DNA of 62,119 bases, filler included, from Barthelona sp. PAP020 (lineage: Eukaryota): assembly GCA_040182905.1 (NCBI GenBank). It is 5 parts of 5 records of this genome, joined end to end, with 100 filler letters (N's around TTAATTAATTAA, not from the genome) between each part and the next. Parts side by side here need not be neighbours in the genome. Positions count along the whole stretch, not along the records: positions 12,501 to 24,842 come from JARQWU010000347.1; positions 24,943 to 37,426 come from JARQWU010000348.1; 3 more parts are not named here. One strand, given 5' to 3'. The translations under genes and the position numbers were made by a program. The notes beneath the pieces are model-generated. The model searched no databases. It was not told the origin of the DNA and was given only the letters and a program-made list of their open reading frames with translations. Of this stretch, positions 21,407 through 32,535 are shown piece by piece. Every line of letters begins with the position of its first letter. Within the stretch, counting starts at the first letter, position 1.

Positions 21407-22051
21407 ATGAGTAGTATTGCAGAAAAACGATTAATTGAAGAAAGAAAACGTTGGAGAAGAGATCATCCTCCTGGTTTTATCGCTCGCCCTATTGTTCAAA
21501 ATAATCAACCGAATCTATTTAAATGGAAATGCATGATACCTGGTAAACCAGGGACTGATTGGGAACAAGCCAGACTTCAATTACATTTAGATTTTCCAGA
21601 AACATACCCATTAAAACCTCCAAAATGTAGGTTTGTTCCACCTTTATTTCATCCAAATGTATATCCTTCTGGAGCTATTTGTTTATCAATCTTAAATGAA
21701 GATAAAGGATGGAAACCAAGTTTAATGGTTAGGGATATCCTATTAGGCATTCAAGATTTGTTACATAATCCCAATGAAAAAGATCCAGCACAAGTAGATG
21801 CATGGAGACTATTTAGAGAAGATAGAGAAGAATATCATCGTCGTATAAAAGAAATTTGTTTAAGAAGTTTCTTACAACATGAAAATACTACAGCCACACA
21901 GGGTAAAAAGAATCAAGACAGTGATGTTTCTACTTTACCTTACGGAAATGCTTCAAAAGAACAAATTGAACAATCTATACCATCTATCGTTAATAATACT
22001 CCATATAGTGATGCTCAAATGGATATTATAGAGAAATTGTTCCTTAGTTAA
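21407..22051 (+). CDS. UBC9: SUMO-conjugating enzyme UBC9 with C-terminal extension
   Basis: [18 protein letters not shown]-terminus and [15 protein letters not shown] active site. Confidence 0.93.
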   Translation: MSSIAEKRLIEERKRWRRDHPPGFIARPIVQNNQPNLFKWKCMIPGKPGTDWEQARLQLHLDFPETYPLKPPKCRFVPPLFHPNVYPSGAICLSILNEDKGWKPSLMVRDILLGIQDLLHNPNEKDPAQVDAWRLFREDREEYHRRIKEICLRSFLQHENTTATQGKKNQDSDVSTLPYGNASKEQIEQSIPSIVNNTPYSDAQMDIIEKLFLS

Positions 22052-22168
22052 ACAAATAAAATTTCGAAAAAATTTGCCTGCTTTTTTTTTTTTTTTGACC
22101 CATTTTGAATTTTCAAAACAATTTATTCGATATAATAAAAAGAAAATAATCAAAAAACCAAATATATT

Positions 22169-22918
22169 TTACAATAAATCCATTCTGGAAACCTGTTCAC
22201 TTATAAGTTTTCTCAATTCTTCAAGATTTTGAGATAAACGATAAAATTCAACATCAATACCTTGAATTGAAGAAGGCAATGCTTTAACTTGTTCATACTT
22301 TTCATTCAACTCTTTTTGTTGCTCAAAGAGCTTGAAAATTTCCTCTTTGATCTTTTGCAAATTTGCCACTTCCAAAGATTGATTGAAACCTCTTGAATAT
22401 AACAAATCTTTCTGCTGTAAATAAGTGACTTCTGAAATTTCAGCTTGTTTCGCTACTTTTAACGAATCATCAACAACTACTTCATTTTTTTGCCTTTTTA
22501 ATAATATTTGATCATCTATTGACTTCTCTATTGATTCTAATTTACTAATAACCTGATCTACTGTCGTTAAATCAACCTCTACGTCACATAATTCTTTTTT
22601 TAATTGAGAATTTTCTTCAAACACTTGTTCAAATTTTAACAAATACTTTAAATGAGGATTCAATATGTCAGCTAAATGAATACCATTGGGAAAACTTTCA
22701 ATATTGGCAAGAGACTGTGCAATATATTGGTATTGTTTTGGAAAACTGTCATTTTCAATGATATCTTTAATACCCAATTGATCAAAAGTATTGTCTAAAA
22801 TATCACTTAAAAAAGACAAATCTTCACTCTTGATGTTCTTTAACTTTTCATATTCCTCTGTCAATTGTTTTTGAATAATTTCTATTTCGTTTTCACATTC
22901 ATTATAATCAAACGTCAT
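22169..22918 (-). CDS. HAUS augmin-like complex subunit 1-like coiled-coil protein
   Basis: C-terminal LYSRGFNQSL...KALPSS...SRMDLL parallels the HAUS1 C-terminus (LSARGMDASL...LDLMPN...DMMEL) as recalled. Confidence 0.6.
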   Translation of the reverse strand: MTFDYNECENEIEIIQKQLTEEYEKLKNIKSEDLSFLSDILDNTFDQLGIKDIIENDSFPKQYQYIAQSLANIESFPNGIHLADILNPHLKYLLKFEQVFEENSQLKKELCDVEVDLTTVDQVISKLESIEKSIDDQILLKRQKNEVVVDDSLKVAKQAEISEVTYLQQKDLLYSRGFNQSLEVANLQKIKEEIFKLFEQQKELNEKYEQVKALPSSIQGIDVEFYRLSQNLEELRKLISEQVSRMDLL

Positions 22919-23373
22919 TGAATCATTAAATTAAAAAGAATACGTGGGAAAATACAAAAAATATCAAGTCTCCCAAAAAAATTTTTTATTTTCATGCTTT
23001 TTTAACCCTATAAATATGCACCATATATTTTAGATCTAAAATGAATCAATTAAAATTGCATTATACTGATGTGTTTATGCATTTTTCAAAAATCAATTCA
23101 ATCCCTGTTTTCAACAAAAAGGGAAGTTTTTGCAAAACAAATATTTTTCAAATAGTCCAACCAAACATTTGATCAAAGATTAAACCCATATTTTCTTTCA
23201 AGTGAAAAAGAAGCAAAGATTTCTTTAAAATGATTTGAACTGAACTGTGTTTACATCTTTGTTTTATTCATAGATGAAGATTTGACTCTTTTGCCTATTT
23301 GAAAATATATAACAATTTGGAGAATTTGCACAAAAAAACAAGTCTTTGTTCAATTTTAAATTAATAGTTTGAT

Positions 23374-24591
23374 ATGTCCAGTGTATCAAACCGTGAATTT
23401 GTAAGACAAACTATTCATGCTACGTTTTCTCACGAAATTAATGAAGGCAAATTAAAAAAAATTGGATTGAGACGTAATTTAAATTCTATTGTTTATATGT
23501 GGGATGCTGAATATTCTCTTGATGATAAATATTTGATAATGGGCAGTTCTTTGGGTAATACTTATGTTTTCAATCCAGAAACTGGAAGGTTGATTCGTAC
23601 TTTGAAGGATCATACAACCAATGTTTATGGTGTTTCCTTTTCACCAAATGGACAAACGTTAGCGACATGCTCATATGACAAGACCATTATTATATATTCC
23701 CTTCCGGATTTTTCTATTTTATTTAAGTTGAGCAATAGGGACCCTGTTTGTGCCATTTGTTTTTCCCATTGTTCCAATTATATATATGCTTGTGATGATT
23801 ATGGAACTTTAAAGAAGTGGGACATAACAAATGCTAATGTTGTCTTGGAAAAAAGAGTTCATTCTAGATGGATTTGGAGAGTAAAACTTTCATCTGATGG
23901 TAAGTATCTTTTAACTGGCAGTGATGATGAAACTGCCAGCTTAATTAATCCTGACACTTTCTCTGTGGTTCGTACATTCGAACAACGTGGAGATATTAGA
24001 GATGTTTGTTTTCATCCAAACAGAAGAATTATTGCTGTGGGAGACCGTTCAATGGAAGTCAAACTTTGGAACATGGATGACGGATCACTTTTTCACAAAT
24101 TTAATTTAGAAGATCACGTATGGGGTCTTCAGTTCTTAAATCCGTTTATTTTACTTGTTTTATCTGCTGATGGTTTTTTAACGTCATTCAATCTTGATAC
24201 CTTTCAAGAACTACAAAAAGTCAATTCTGATGCTTGCAATACTGGAATTTACATCACAGTATCACATGATGGTACAAGTTTGGCCTGTGGAAGATGCAGG
24301 AACAATATCATCAAAATTTTTTCAATGAAACTTGACTATGACCCCTCATATCAATCGGAACTCATTGAATTGTCAAAGAACGGTGGCTATGTGTTATTGA
24401 ACCTCATCGCTATGAATATTGACACCCAAGTCATTAGACAATTGGTGAGTGCAGGTATTTGTATTAATGAAGAGGAACATAGAATGATTGTAGACACATG
24501 TTGGGATTTAGCAGGCTTGAATGAAACCAATGGGGGAAACATGTGTAACTTTATGGATGAAACAATTGATGAAAGTGATGATGATGACTAA
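23374..24591 (+). CDS. WD40 beta-propeller protein, paralog 3, with C-terminal DTCWDL/NGGNM domain
   Basis: Clear WD repeats (DHTTNVYGVSFSPNGQTLATCSYDKT, LKKWD, VKLWN). Confidence 0.9.
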   Translation: MSSVSNREFVRQTIHATFSHEINEGKLKKIGLRRNLNSIVYMWDAEYSLDDKYLIMGSSLGNTYVFNPETGRLIRTLKDHTTNVYGVSFSPNGQTLATCSYDKTIIIYSLPDFSILFKLSNRDPVCAICFSHCSNYIYACDDYGTLKKWDITNANVVLEKRVHSRWIWRVKLSSDGKYLLTGSDDETASLINPDTFSVVRTFEQRGDIRDVCFHPNRRIIAVGDRSMEVKLWNMDDGSLFHKFNLEDHVWGLQFLNPFILLVLSADGFLTSFNLDTFQELQKVNSDACNTGIYITVSHDGTSLACGRCRNNIIKIFSMKLDYDPSYQSELIELSKNGGYVLLNLIAMNIDTQVIRQLVSAGICINEEEHRMIVDTCWDLAGLNETNGGNMCNFMDETIDESDDDD

Positions 24592-24740
24592 TTGACTTGT
24601 TGAGTTCTATTTTCTCTTTGATTCAATTTTGGTTTTATTGGCCATTTACTTACAACTTTGTTTTGATATTTAAATCTTCATTCATATTATTTGAAAGTTT
24701 CTATTTCTATTTTGGGTCGCATTCACATCTATAAATTCCT

Positions 24741-24842
24741 ATTTTCATTTATAATTTTTTTGTTTATAGACTTTGTTTCTGAGAGTTTGGGATTTTATTG
24801 GGGTGATCGAACTTGTCTTGAGCGTAATTGATGTCGAAGGGT
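24741..24842. repeat. Dispersed repeat B, copy 2 (runs into contig end)
   Basis: 72/80 identity of the core to 11764-11843. Confidence 0.88.
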
Positions 24843-24942
24843 NNNNNNNNNNNNNNNNNNNNNNNNNNNNNNNNNNNNNNNNNNNNTTAATTAATTAANN
24901 NNNNNNNNNNNNNNNNNNNNNNNNNNNNNNNNNNNNNNNNNN
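24843..24942. other. Artificial contig-joining spacer
   Basis: Same 44N-TTAATTAATTAA-44N block. Confidence 0.97.
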
Positions 24943-25443
24943 GTGTTCAGAATTTATTATTGAAAAATCTTGCTAATTTCATAAGTTCCTTTTATTAAGC
25001 CGCCTTTTCAATTTTGATGCCTATAAATGGCAAGAAGAAACCTTAAACACATTTATGTTGCTGTTTGGATTGAGTCTTTCAGGATTGCAACAAACCCATA
25101 ATTCATTCAGTTCGTTTCTGATTCTTTCCCTTAAATTTTCAATTCTCAAGCAACTCAAAATAGGTTTGTGTGTTACAAAATTTCCTTTTGCAAAATTGAA
25201 TGATGAATACTGAAGAACTACTCATAGGTTTTTTTGAACTGGATAGGAAATGTCAAAACTTGATTAGGCATTGCTTTTAGCTTTCAATCTGCTTTCATGA
25301 TTATAATTCTTTTGAAGAAAAATTTGAGAAAAAAAAAAACTATACCATTTTATGTCGTCCCCATCCTGCCAGTTGTCTCATATGATAAGTAAACATTTCA
25401 ACCATATTGTAAATGACAAACCAAAAAATAATTATAATAAAAA

Positions 25444-25986
25444 TTACAAACGAAGCACATCAGGAACAAAAGATGCTTCTACTTCAATAGTCTGAGGATT
25501 ATCCAGCATTAAAGCAGCCATATCCATATCTTGGTACAACATCTTCATACCTCTTTGCTCAAATTCAGTTTCAATAGGAGCATTTCCATAATCTGTACAT
25601 GTTATTAAAAATCCTTCACCAATATTAAGATTAGAAATTTCACATCCACGAGCTTCGAAAATCATCAAAGGTTGATCATCAGATTCAATTAAACGACGCT
25701 TTTTTGGCTTTAATTTGCTAATGTATGCAGTTGTTGAAGCAGAATCGTTGGTTACAGCAGATATTGAAATACTATTACCACATTCACATTTAAATACAAA
25801 ATTAGCTTCTCCACGACCACCTGGAACTTCAACAACATCATCAGAATGAAAAACAAGGTTTTGACGTTCTTCAGAACAACGAGTGCATCTACAATTCATG
25901 AAAATTCTCGTATTATCAGGATTAATATCTATTTTGTTAATATTTAAATATTCTACACTCTTTAACACAAATATAAATTCAGGCAT
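25444..25986 (-). CDS. DUF866 / CZIB (C1orf123)-like zinc-binding protein
   Basis: CTRC, VEVPGGRGEANFVFKCEC and FEARGCE motifs. Confidence 0.85.
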   Translation of the reverse strand: MPEFIFVLKSVEYLNINKIDINPDNTRIFMNCRCTRCSEERQNLVFHSDDVVEVPGGRGEANFVFKCECGNSISISAVTNDSASTTAYISKLKPKKRRLIESDDQPLMIFEARGCEISNLNIGEGFLITCTDYGNAPIETEFEQRGMKMLYQDMDMAALMLDNPQTIEVEASFVPDVLRL

Positions 25987-26137
25987 GATGAAAAAAAAAA
26001 ATGGAGAAGTGAAAAAAATTGTTCAATTAATAAAACATTCTTTTATAAATTAACTTTATGTTGACATTAATGGAAAAAAATTAAGCGATGAAAGGGAGTT
26101 TGAGGAAAAAACAAATATTAAACTTTTTTTATTGTGA

Positions 26138-29100
26138 ATGTCTGATATTGAAGAAGATTATCAGTTTCTAACCTTTGAAGAAGGAAATGTTAAAATTGAT
26201 TTGACTGGCAAAGGAGAAATTGAATTGGAAATCAATGAGAAAAAAGGTATTGAATTGTCTCGAAGATTATTGAATTCATATTATGGATATTGTTCATTTC
26301 CTAAAGAAGATCCAAATGGAATAATACATTTAGGAAGTGAATGTGATATTTTTTCATTAAATCAAGAAGAATCAAAAAATTTATTGAATAAACATTCTGC
26401 GTCATTGTCTGCAGGTGTATGCGAACATGTAACAATGAGTAAAGGTGCAATTATACTTGATTTAGAGGAGTCTTATGCTGTAATTCAAACTCAACAGTTA
26501 GAGCAAGAGATAATTTCATTTAATAAGTCAAGCTCATCATATAATTTGAAAGCAGCTAAATTTGAACATGTTGTGTTGTCAAATTATGGCGTTGGATTGG
26601 GAAAAGTAGATGAAAAATTGTGTTTTATTGATTCTACCGGGTATTCCGAATTGAAACATTTAATTGATGCAGATACCTCAAAGATAAAAGGTGTTTTACA
26701 TTATTCTAGCAATATATATGTTATTGGTTGTGATTATCGATTATTTTTGGTTAAACAAACACAATATAATGAGTTTGTTGTGGTAGATACGTTTGGTAGA
26801 CCTAATTTTGCAGTTATTGATGATGATTGTGATATTATAATTATGGGAATGACTATTTCAAACAGTAAATTATTTGTTTCTTACTCTGATTGTGACACTA
26901 CAGATGCACTCGTATCTTTTGACATCAAAGATGAAGCTTTTGGAGAATCTATTGATTTTGGTAGTCTTGAACTTCAAAATGTTAATACAACAGACAGTCT
27001 GGAACTGTTCGTTGCCTATATTGCAGATAATATGATAATCGTTTCTTCCAATCATTCTAATTTGGTGCACTTCTTTATGGAGAATGGTAAGTATGAAGAT
27101 GATGATAATTGCGTTATGGTACCTTTAGATCCCACATATTCTAAAGCCAAATTAGCGGGAATGAGTGTTATAGATTGGAAATTAATCGACAATATGCTCA
27201 CAGTGGCCCTTTTGTTGTTGAACACCACGGGTAAATTTTATGTGTATACAGTCGTGTTTCCACCAAAGAATTATTGTCGCTGGATTCCAAAATTGAACGA
27301 AATTAAACCTCCTAAAAGTGTTTCTTCTGGTTTATCCACTCCACCAATTCAAGATGAAGAAGAGGAATTAGTTGTTGATTCTATTCAACCACCTGTTGCT
27401 CCACCAAGTATTGGATCAACATCTTCAGCTCTTTTCGAAGACGATTGGGGTGATTTTGATGGCATTTTTGGAACAAAGCTAGATTCAGATTCACATTCTC
27501 TTGATTTTGATCAAGCAAAGGAAATGGATAAAAAAATGGGTTTACCAAAATTGGAATCTAAAACTTTTTCTAGCAGTACAATGTTTGGAGCTGTTGGTTC
27601 AAAACAAGGTGATCTAACTTTAGGAGACTTGGAAATGACGAAATCAGATAAAAAGGATGAAATTATTGAGAAAGTTGATACTAAGCCCTCTTCATTTGGA
27701 GTTTTGAAGCCAAAAGTAGGTTTTGGTAAGAAAGATGAGGACAAGATTGAAAGCAAGGCTGCTTCATTTGGAGGTTTAAAGCCAAAAGTAGGTTTTGGTA
27801 AGAAAGATGAAGACAAGACTGAGAGCAAGGCTACTTCATTCGGTGNNNNNNNNNNAAGCCAAAAGTAGGTTTTGGTAAGAAAGATGAGGACAAGATTGAA
27901 AGCAAGGCTGCTTCATTTGGAGGTTTAAAGCCAAAAGTAGGTTTTGGTAAGAAAGATGAAGACAAGACTGAGAGCAAGGCTACTTCATTCGGTGATTTGA
28001 AGTCAAAAATAGGTTCTGGTAAGAAAGATGAAGACAATACTGAAAACAAGCCCACTTCACTAGGTGTTTCGAAACCAAAAATTGAAGAAAAAAGCGATGA
28101 ATTTACTTCAAAGACCTTAATCAAGAATTATGAAAGGCCTGCACCAAGAATTGTTGCTAAAACAACAATGAATAAACTTGAAAACCTTTTGCGTGAGATT
28201 GAGATTCTTTGCAATGAAAACAATGACAACATTGATGGTTTGTTTGATCGTGTGAACGTTCGATATGAAAGACGTAAATTTAGACAATATATGAATAAGA
28301 TTGAAAAGAAATTTGACAAAACTGAAAGATTGTCTATTTTAGAGCGAAAGACTGACAATTGTATGGCAAAAGTGAACGACATTGCTAGAATATGGGATAG
28401 GTATCCTTTTTATAATTCTACATTGACAATAAAGTTGAATGAATCAATTGGTGAGCTACATGCTAAGAAAAGAACATTGGAAGATTTGTTGGTTAAAGGT
28501 TCTTCTAAAAAGACTACAAATGTTATTTCTCCTGTTTCACCTGTCGCTGTTATTGCAAAACGTGGTAATCGTTTTCAATTTAAAGAGAGATTGGCCAAAC
28601 ATAGAATTTCTCAACATTCTGATCAACAAATTGGTATTTTGACTTCAATGGAATTCAAAGATAGAAATGAGTTATTGAAAAATATGAATTTGGATGATAA
28701 AGTACCAACAAAAGTTATTTATGCAGCTGAACAACATAAAATTAAGGATGCAATATCGTCAACAGATTCGTTGAAACAAAATGTTCCACATGAACCTGCA
28801 GTATCTTTGGATACCAAGCCAAAAATGGAAAGCAAGCCAAAAGTAAGTTTTGGATTGAAAAGTACAGATAAACCTAAGGTTTCTTTGAAATTGGGATCAT
28901 CCAAAATAAAAGACGAGGAGAGTGAAACGTTAGAAACAACTGAAAGCAAGCCAAAAGTTAGTTTTGGATTGAAAAGTACAGATAAACCTAAGGTTTCTTT
29001 GAAATTGGGGATGTCCAAAATAAAAGAGGAGAGTAAAACGTCAGAAACAACAGAAGATAAGCCAAAAGTTAGTTTTGGATTGAAAAGTACAGATAAAACT

Positions 29101-29991
29101 AAGGTTTCTTTGAATTTGGGGTCTTCAAAATTAAAAGGGACTGATGAAAGTGAAACTGTACAAACACCAGAAAGCAAACCTAAACTTGAATCAAAGATAA
29201 GCTTAACCAAGAATATTTCAACTGATAAGTCAAAGATTTCTGTCAAACCGTTTGGTAAAACGAAGGAAAATGAAGAAATTGTAAATACTCCTGTTTCGGA
29301 AAGCACAGTAAAGGTAGAGAAAGAAGAAGAAGACATGCAAAATGAAAGCACTGCTGCCATTTCTGATGAAGCTGTTGAATTGGAAACACCCAAACAAACG
29401 AAAATATTAACAAAAGGAAGTATTACTAAAGTTGCAGTTCAGGACTTTCCTTCTACTGTTGATTCCAACAAGAAATCAACTGGTCTGGGGAATATTGGAT
29501 TCAAAAATAAAACCAAAGCAAAAGAAGAAGATATTTTCAAAAAAATTGAGATAAAGAAACCAGAAAACAACCTTAAATTGAAAGAAATGAAAGAAAAACC
29601 CATTGAAGATAAGAAAGATGAAAAAGAATCTATTTTTGGTCAAAAGAAGAAGAGTTCCGCTTCATCTATTTTTGGTTCAGGAAAACAAATATCCAACAAA
29701 CCCGCAGGTTCTGCTTTTGGTTCAACTGTTCGCACAAAAATTAGTAAATCAACTGATCAAGATCCGGATAAGGATAAACAAGACAAAAATAAAGGAATGG
29801 GATTCGACAGTTTTAGAAAGAGTCATACAGATACCTCACCTAAAAAGACATTTGGTTTTTCAAAGCCTTCTAGTTCGAAAAAAACTTTTGGATCATTCAA
29901 GAGTGGCAACGCTTTGGCTGACGCGGCCAAAAAAAGCAGTAGTGGCTTTTCAGGTGGCTTTCATACCAAAAATAACGAAAGCAATGAATAA
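26138..29991 (+). CDS. FG-repeat nucleoporin-like protein (Nup214/Nup159-like layout), one gene split by a 10-N gap
   Basis: Beta-rich N-terminal ~380 aa, SFG/GFG repeats, central coiled coil, further FG motifs. Removing the duplicated 139 nt + 10 N leaves 3705 nt, one open frame of 1234 aa. Confidence 0.65.
27683..28080 (+). repeat. 72-nt coding tandem repeat (KPKVGFGKKDEDKxESKAxSFGxL) spanning a 10-N gap
   Basis: Units visible directly; 27707-27845 and 27856-27994 are identical. Confidence 0.9.
28828..29185 (+). repeat. ~111-114-nt coding tandem repeat x3 (KPKVSFGLKSTDKPKVSLKLG...)
   Basis: Three copies of agttttggattgaaaagtacagataaa...aaggtttctttgaa. Confidence 0.88.
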
Positions 29992-30280
29992 TTGAAGTGT
30001 AGAGATGGTATGGAAAGTTTCAAATATCAAGATACAACGAATTTATAAAAATTATTAGAATGAGTGATTTTGCAGAATTTTCGTCTTTATAAATTTCACA
30101 ACTTTTTTTTTTTTTTTGATTTGAAGACTTTTGAATTCATTTAACAGAAATTGAGGTAAAATTTGCAGAAAAAGAAAATCAAAGTTCTTTATTGTTCAGC
30201 TCAGCAACTCCAGAGCCTGAAAGATTACATCAAAAAAGGTCACACATCCGATCAAAGCTTTCACTATTTATCATTTACAT

Positions 30281-31234
30281 TTACAAAAATTTCTCGAATA
30301 AAGGAAACAATGCCGAAATTTGCAACAAAACAGTCAACCATAAAGGATGAACAGGAATTTCAACATTCTTCCAACAAATTTGTTGCATGTCTCTAGTTTT
30401 TTCGTTGAAAAAAACTAAAGTTCTTCCTTCTCTGGTAACAACTTGTTGAGTTGAATTGGACATTTTTGGATATAACAAACTATTATTGTTGGCACAAAAA
30501 ACAATAACGGGTAGGGTATTGTCAACCAAAGCCAAAGGACCATGCTTCAATTCACCACCAAATAAACCTTCTGCAACAATGTTGGTATGTGAATTTAATA
30601 ATTCAGCAATAAATAACCCTGAAACAGCTTCCAAACCTCTACCAATTAAAATAACTCTCGAAACTTCCTCAATGCATTTTTGATATTCTAAAATATCAGA
30701 ATTGCTTACATTAGTGGCCAATAAAGGCTGTAAATCGAAGAAGGCTTCAACAAGCAAATCGAAAACATCAGAGGTAAATACTAATTTTCCAATAACAAAA
30801 GAACTTGCCAAAAAGAACACAAAATCTTTGTAGTAATTATTTTTGTTCCGACAAAAATTTGTAATGTCAAAGAATAAAACAGAAAATTCTGCTTCAAAAA
30901 TTTGAGATTCAAAAAAACAAAAGACTAACGAATTTCTGGGAAAAACAACATTATTTAAAGAGTCAGGTTTGGATAAAAAGAAAATAAATAATGTGTTTTG
31001 AGGAGCTTCAAAAGAACAATTTCTGTCATTCTGTAATTTTTGTATTTCGCAAACTTCCTCCCCAAAACCATAGAAATTTGATAATTGAAATGCTGCAAAA
31101 TATGATAAAGCGTCACATTCATTGTCACTAACACAAACACAATGTTGAGATGTGATTAATTGTTGTCTAAACTTATGACTGTTTAATTCTTTGAACATCA
31201 AAGGCAAAGTCTTCAATTCATTAAAGTCTAACAT
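30281..31234 (-). CDS. SIS-domain protein related to the GFAT/GlmS isomerase domain, without glutaminase domain
   Basis: LIGRG...AEGLFGGELKHGPLALVD...QQVVTREGR; first ATG at 31234. Confidence 0.8.
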   Translation of the reverse strand: MLDFNELKTLPLMFKELNSHKFRQQLITSQHCVCVSDNECDALSYFAAFQLSNFYGFGEEVCEIQKLQNDRNCSFEAPQNTLFIFFLSKPDSLNNVVFPRNSLVFCFFESQIFEAEFSVLFFDITNFCRNKNNYYKDFVFFLASSFVIGKLVFTSDVFDLLVEAFFDLQPLLATNVSNSDILEYQKCIEEVSRVILIGRGLEAVSGLFIAELLNSHTNIVAEGLFGGELKHGPLALVDNTLPVIVFCANNNSLLYPKMSNSTQQVVTREGRTLVFFNEKTRDMQQICWKNVEIPVHPLWLTVLLQISALFPLFEKFL

Positions 31235-31673
31235 CTTTTTTTTCAAAACACCGGCAAAGAAAAAAAAACAAAAAAAAATGCTGTAAAATATTTTGTTTTT
31301 CAAATGATCTCAAATTGGGTGTTTCACATCCAATTCTTTAAAAAAATAATATAATTAGATTTGTTTTATTTAAATGCATATCAAAGATGGTTGAAAACTC
31401 CATTATATTACTAATTTCTTTGCATCACTTTCACTTGAATTATTTAAAGTTTGATAAAAAGTAGAATTCTTCTAAAAGATTCATTGATTCAAACAATTAG
31501 CCGTTTACTTCCCACAACCTTTAAAAAAAAGAAGAAAAAGGAAAAAGAAAAAAATAAACCAAATAACTAACTATTAAACATTTAACTTTATCAAAAACTA
31601 AATTGAAAAGGAAATAAAGTTACAAAAAAAAAATTTGTTTTCAAATCAAATTTAATTTTTTATTGTATCCCAG

Positions 31674-32354
31674 ATGTCATTTTCAATTCATCACATGAAT
31701 AATACAAAACCTCCAACTTCCGGAGCATTCAAAGAAAGGAAGGCAACCCGTTCAGATTTCCGATTATTTTATGACCGTGGTGATTTGCCGGTTATTATAT
31801 CTCATCAAGGCGCTCACAACAGAGTTCATTGGAAAGTTCCAATGGAAAAATTAAATTACAATCATTTTTTACCAATTTTTTTTGATGGTTTGAGAGAGTT
31901 GGAAGAACCTTACAAATTTTTGGCACGTGAAGGCACTTTACACATGTTAAAGAATGGCAATCCTACAATTGTTAAAGAATGTCTTCCACAATTAATTATT
32001 CCCATTAAGAAAGCTCTGAACACCCGAAACAAAGATATCATTTGTTCTGTTTTAAAAATTTTGCAGGAATTAGTTAAAGTTGGTCCTGAGGTTGGACATG
32101 ATCTTGTTGCATTCTATCGTCAAATTTTACCAATTTTCAACATGTTTAAAAATCACAATTTAAATCTTGGAGACGGTATTGAATATTCTCAATATTCGAA
32201 AGTTAATGTTGGTGATCTTATTGAAGAAACTTTGCAGATGTTCGAAAAATATGGTGGTAATGAGGCATACGTTAATATTAAATGGATTGTTCCTACGTAT
32301 GAATCAATTTTTTTCAATAGAATGCCTTATCAGATGAATTATGAAGATCAATAA
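31674..32354 (+). CDS. PACRG: Parkin co-regulated gene protein (axonemal inner junction)
   Basis: FRLFYDRGDLP, LPIFFDGLRE, PQLIIPIKKALNT, VPTYES. Confidence 0.96.
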   Translation: MSFSIHHMNNTKPPTSGAFKERKATRSDFRLFYDRGDLPVIISHQGAHNRVHWKVPMEKLNYNHFLPIFFDGLRELEEPYKFLAREGTLHMLKNGNPTIVKECLPQLIIPIKKALNTRNKDIICSVLKILQELVKVGPEVGHDLVAFYRQILPIFNMFKNHNLNLGDGIEYSQYSKVNVGDLIEETLQMFEKYGGNEAYVNIKWIVPTYESIFFNRMPYQMNYEDQ

Positions 32355-32535
32355 TTCAAACAATCATAAAATCTTTTTGTACAAATTTTTATTTTTATTA
32401 GATTTATTGTTTGTAACATGAAAGAAGGGGTAAAAACTTGAAAAGTAAGAGAAGAGGCGGCAATTGGAAAAAAAAAAAATTCATTTCCAAAAAATCTCAC
32501 ATCACTTTTTTTGTGTTGAATTTTGAAAAAAAAAA

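Noticed and set aside
21390..21409. Poly(T)+AG before ATG as a universal spliced-leader trans-splice acceptor
   Set aside because: TAF7, MRT4, CHID1, DUF866, CCT5 and the nucleoporin have no AG between the T-tract and the ATG.
27683..28080. Regular repeats resembling a CRISPR array
   Set aside because: Units are in-frame coding repeats with no unique spacers, in a eukaryotic gene with no cas genes.
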